DNA of 27,092 nucleotides from a virus (lineage: Duplodnaviria; Caudoviricetes): the IMG/VR virus record IMGVR_UViG_3300020044_012869, positions 1-27,092 of that record. One strand, 5' to 3'. Below, piece by piece: positions 24,498 through 27,092 of the stretch. Every line of letters starts with the position of its first letter. Position 1 is the stretch's first letter. Both the position numbers and the translations under genes were made by a program. Under the pieces are notes generated by a model that saw only the letters and a program-made list of their open reading frames with translations, was not told the origin of the DNA and did no database searches.

Positions 24498-26098
24498 ATT
24501 CAATCACACAGGCAATCAAGGCCATTGCGCCATACACACTCGCAGGTCGAGGTGTGGTATATGGTGGCGAAGATTTGACTGGTGATCGGTTTAGCAAAGA
24601 CACCGATTTTGGCGCAACACGAAGCTTTGTCGGTATGCCTGTATACTATGACCATGCACTAGGTGGCATCAAAAGCCAGATCGGCATGGTCAAAGCATGG
24701 GCACCTACGGATGATGGCATCGATGTCCAAATTGAGCTTGACCGTCGTCACAAGTATGCAGAAGACGTCATGAAGCTGGCAGAATCTGGCGCATTAGGTC
24801 TCAGTACTGGCGCATTGCCACATCTGGTTGAGCGAGTCAATGGCGAAATCAAAAGGTGGGTCGTCGGAGAGATTTCTTTGACACCAACACCAGCTGAGCC
24901 GCGCACCACTACCGAAGTTATGACCAAAGGTATCACTGTGCGCACTGCGACAGGAAGCACTGGTCTTGACGATACTAAATCAGCAGTACACACAAAGGAA
25001 GACACACATACCATGGACAACATCAAAGACGCAGTGAAGGCAGCCATTTCCGAATTGGCCGGTGAGCCAGTGGCAGGTGGCACGTTTCATGCACCAGCAG
25101 TGAAGGCATCACTGCCAGCATCCGTCGAAGTAGAATCGCCATACTCCAGCAACGAATACCATGGCGCATACAAGAGTTTCATGCGTGGATCGTCTGACGC
25201 ATCGGTCATGAACACTCTGACCAATGCAAAGACCGCAGCATCAAGCTTCTACAAGACCATGACCGAAGCAACGAACAATGATGGTGGGTTCACTGTTCCT
25301 ACGACTATCAATCGCGAAATCGTTGCACGTCGCGACGAATTGTCATTCCTTGGCCAAATCGGTTTCACTCGTGTGACGACTGAGTCTTGGAAACACATCA
25401 TGCCTGCGCAATCGACCAAGGCAACACCGGGTATCGTTGCTGAAGGTGTGACTGCGACTGCATCTGAGCCAAATTTGGCAAACTCCAAGACCATCCAGCT
25501 TTACAAAGACACCTTGGAATTCGCATTGTCGGATGAGCTTTTGGCAGACACGTCGAGTAATCTGGAGCAATTTATCCAGAATGAAATTGCGCGTGCTATG
25601 GCAGTCAGTGCGAACAACTACATCGTCAATGGTACGGGATCAAGCCAGCCATACGGTTTGCTTACTCGCGTAACGAACACGTTTGCTTTCAGTGCAACTG
25701 CCATTACCAATGCGCAGATTGTCGGTCTCTCAACTGATGTTGCTGGCGAATATCTGACCAATGGCCAGACTGGCTTCATCATGCAGAACAGCACATGGGG
25801 AGCATTGAAGACTCTCGACCTGACCAATTACAATCGCATCACTGAAACCGTCAATGGTATGCGTATGGTCGAAGGATGGCCTGTGATGTTGTCTGCGCAG
25901 ATTCCTGCAATCGCAACGACCAACAAATCAATCATCTTTGGCAACTACAATTTCTACGCATTCTGTGAGCGCACATCTGGTGTCCAGATTGAACGATGGC
26001 GCGACATTCGCAAGGGCCTGACCTATGTCGTCGCATCATGGCGATATGGTGGCGATGTGACGCAGATCGAAGCATTCGCTGTTGGCGTACACGCTTAG
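24494..26098 (+). CDS. Prohead protease fused to HK97-fold major capsid protein (probable internal start ATG 25013)
   Basis: Protease motifs 'YYDH', 'LGLSTG', 'EISLTPTPAEPR'; capsid motifs 'DGGFTVP', 'VAEG', 'SDELLAD', 'NGTGSSQPYG', 'FGNY', 'RYGG'. Confidence 0.93.
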   Translation: MNSITQAIKAIAPYTLAGRGVVYGGEDLTGDRFSKDTDFGATRSFVGMPVYYDHALGGIKSQIGMVKAWAPTDDGIDVQIELDRRHKYAEDVMKLAESGALGLSTGALPHLVERVNGEIKRWVVGEISLTPTPAEPRTTTEVMTKGITVRTATGSTGLDDTKSAVHTKEDTHTMDNIKDAVKAAISELAGEPVAGGTFHAPAVKASLPASVEVESPYSSNEYHGAYKSFMRGSSDASVMNTLTNAKTAASSFYKTMTEATNNDGGFTVPTTINREIVARRDELSFLGQIGFTRVTTESWKHIMPAQSTKATPGIVAEGVTATASEPNLANSKTIQLYKDTLEFALSDELLADTSSNLEQFIQNEIARAMAVSANNYIVNGTGSSQPYGLLTRVTNTFAFSATAITNAQIVGLSTDVAGEYLTNGQTGFIMQNSTWGALKTLDLTNYNRITETVNGMRMVEGWPVMLSAQIPAIATTNKSIIFGNYNFYAFCERTSGVQIERWRDIRKGLTYVVASWRYGGDVTQIEAFAVGVHA

Positions 26099-26103
26099 TC
26101 AAT

Positions 26104-26138
26104 TGGGGATGTGTCAAGGAATCCTTGACACATCCCCA
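26104..26138 (+). promoter_or_regulatory. 16-bp perfect hairpin after the capsid gene
   Basis: TGGGGATGTGTCAAGG (26104-26119) / CCTTGACACATCCCCA (26123-26138). No U-tract, so more likely a stabiliser or processing site than a terminator. Confidence 0.7.
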
Positions 26139-26153
26139 TAAAAGGATTCCCCA

Positions 26154-26342
26154 ATGAAAATCCAAATGCTCCATGGCATCGTATTCCGAGAAGGCAAAAT
26201 CAATACTGCGTATTCTGCTGGCGATGTCATTGATGTTAGTGAAGCAGAAGCGAAGCAATTGATTGCTGAAGGATCGGCAGTCGCTGAGGAAGAAACTCCA
26301 GTCGCTGAGCAGAAGCCAAAGAAGACCACGAAAGTAATCTGA
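26154..26342 (+). CDS. Small post-capsid protein (62 aa)
   Basis: SD AAAGGA. 'GDVIDVSEAEAKQLIAEGSA' plus a Lys-rich tail, common directly after capsid genes. Confidence 0.75.
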   Translation: MKIQMLHGIVFREGKINTAYSAGDVIDVSEAEAKQLIAEGSAVAEEETPVAEQKPKKTTKVI

Positions 26343-26938
26343 TGGCCTACACAACGACTGCTGATCTTAAAGCTTACATGAACATCACTGCGTCGTCTGA
26401 CGACACGCAGCTTGGCAATGCAGTCACACGTGCGCAGTCGATGGTGGACAAGGCAACACATCGAACATTCGAAGCATCAGTAGACACGACTCGCACATAC
26501 ACACCATTGTTGTTCAATGATGGTGGCGATTTGATGGACTATGACACGCTTTATCTTGGCACTGATATTTTCACATTGACTAGCATCACAAATGGCGATA
26601 GCACTGCAGTCTCGCTCAGCGATGTTGTACTGCTACCATCAAATGTGAAGCCAGCATATGGCATCAAAATCAAACGTGGTGTCAATGTTGAATGGAATTA
26701 TGTCACATCTCCAGAGAATGCCATCAGTGTGACTGGACGGTTTGCATACAGTCTGACTGCGCCAGCAGACATCGTTGCAGCGACTCTGCGTATCGCAGCA
26801 TATCTGTATCGACAGCGAGAAGGCACACCAGACAGTGATCGCGCAATTCTCAGTGCTGATGGCATGGTGTTGGCTGCGCCACAGATACCAAAAGACGTCG
26901 TAAGCATGCTTCGACCATATGTGAGGCGATCACTATGA
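26342..26938 (+). CDS. Head-tail adaptor (gp6/gp15-like connector)
   Basis: 'YTTTADLKAYM', 'DDTQL', 'PADIVAATLRIAAYLYRQR', 'MLRPY'. Confidence 0.85.
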   Translation: MAYTTTADLKAYMNITASSDDTQLGNAVTRAQSMVDKATHRTFEASVDTTRTYTPLLFNDGGDLMDYDTLYLGTDIFTLTSITNGDSTAVSLSDVVLLPSNVKPAYGIKIKRGVNVEWNYVTSPENAISVTGRFAYSLTAPADIVAATLRIAAYLYRQREGTPDSDRAILSADGMVLAAPQIPKDVVSMLRPYVRRSL

Positions 26939-26971
26939 GTAGTCAACTGGTGTCGATTGTTGCATCCGTCG

Positions 26972-27092
26972 CAGGCATGAGCGTTTCTGGTGTTAGCACT
27001 GTGTACTATGGCACATCTCTCAAGAATGCCGTGGAGATTGCTGACGTACCTGCGCGCATCGTCTCTGCAATCGGTATGCAGTCCAGTCGCAC
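26972..27092. repeat. Terminal direct repeat, right copy (circular assembly overlap)
   Basis: Identical to 1-121. Confidence 0.97.

Noticed and set aside
26125-26145. TTGACA at 26125 as a promoter
   Set aside because: It is part of the hairpin arm and has no properly spaced -10 element.
1227-26946. Numerous minus-strand ORFs (e.g. 1227-1838, 19771-20424, 21878-22654)
   Set aside because: They are antisense shadows of well-supported + strand genes, with no SDs or recognisable motifs.

Overview
This window is a complete, circularly permuted genome of a small siphovirus-like tailed phage. It is 26,971 bp plus a 121-bp assembly overlap (1-121 = 26972-27092), and every credible gene lies on the + strand. 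Order from position 1: tail module (tail completion, tail tube, frameshifted chaperone pair, tape measure, Dit, two C1q/TNF-like tail proteins around a Tal/hub protein, fibre chaperone); a structured non-coding control region (6939-7300); an early region in which five small ORFs are separated by four 59-bp stop-hairpin-RBS repeat units; a tandem-HTH protein; an SSB-like protein; an AT-rich Mom-like DNA-modification gene; RHH and DUF1599-like genes; a primase-SF3 helicase followed by a candidate origin; a VRR-NUC nuclease; an Rpf/SLT-like muralytic gene flanked by membrane micropeptides; thyX and dcd; amidase endolysin and holin; TerS/TerL; a portal-MuF fusion; a head-region protein with a HiPIP-like 4-Cys motif; a protease-capsid fusion; and a head-tail adaptor. 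I found no integrase, DNA polymerase, tRNA or CRISPR array. The most striking unexplained structure is the array of exact ORF cassettes joined by 59-bp hairpin repeats, next to a candidate sRNA whose loop is complementary to the RBS those repeats share. All family calls come from recognising motifs by eye; no searches were run.
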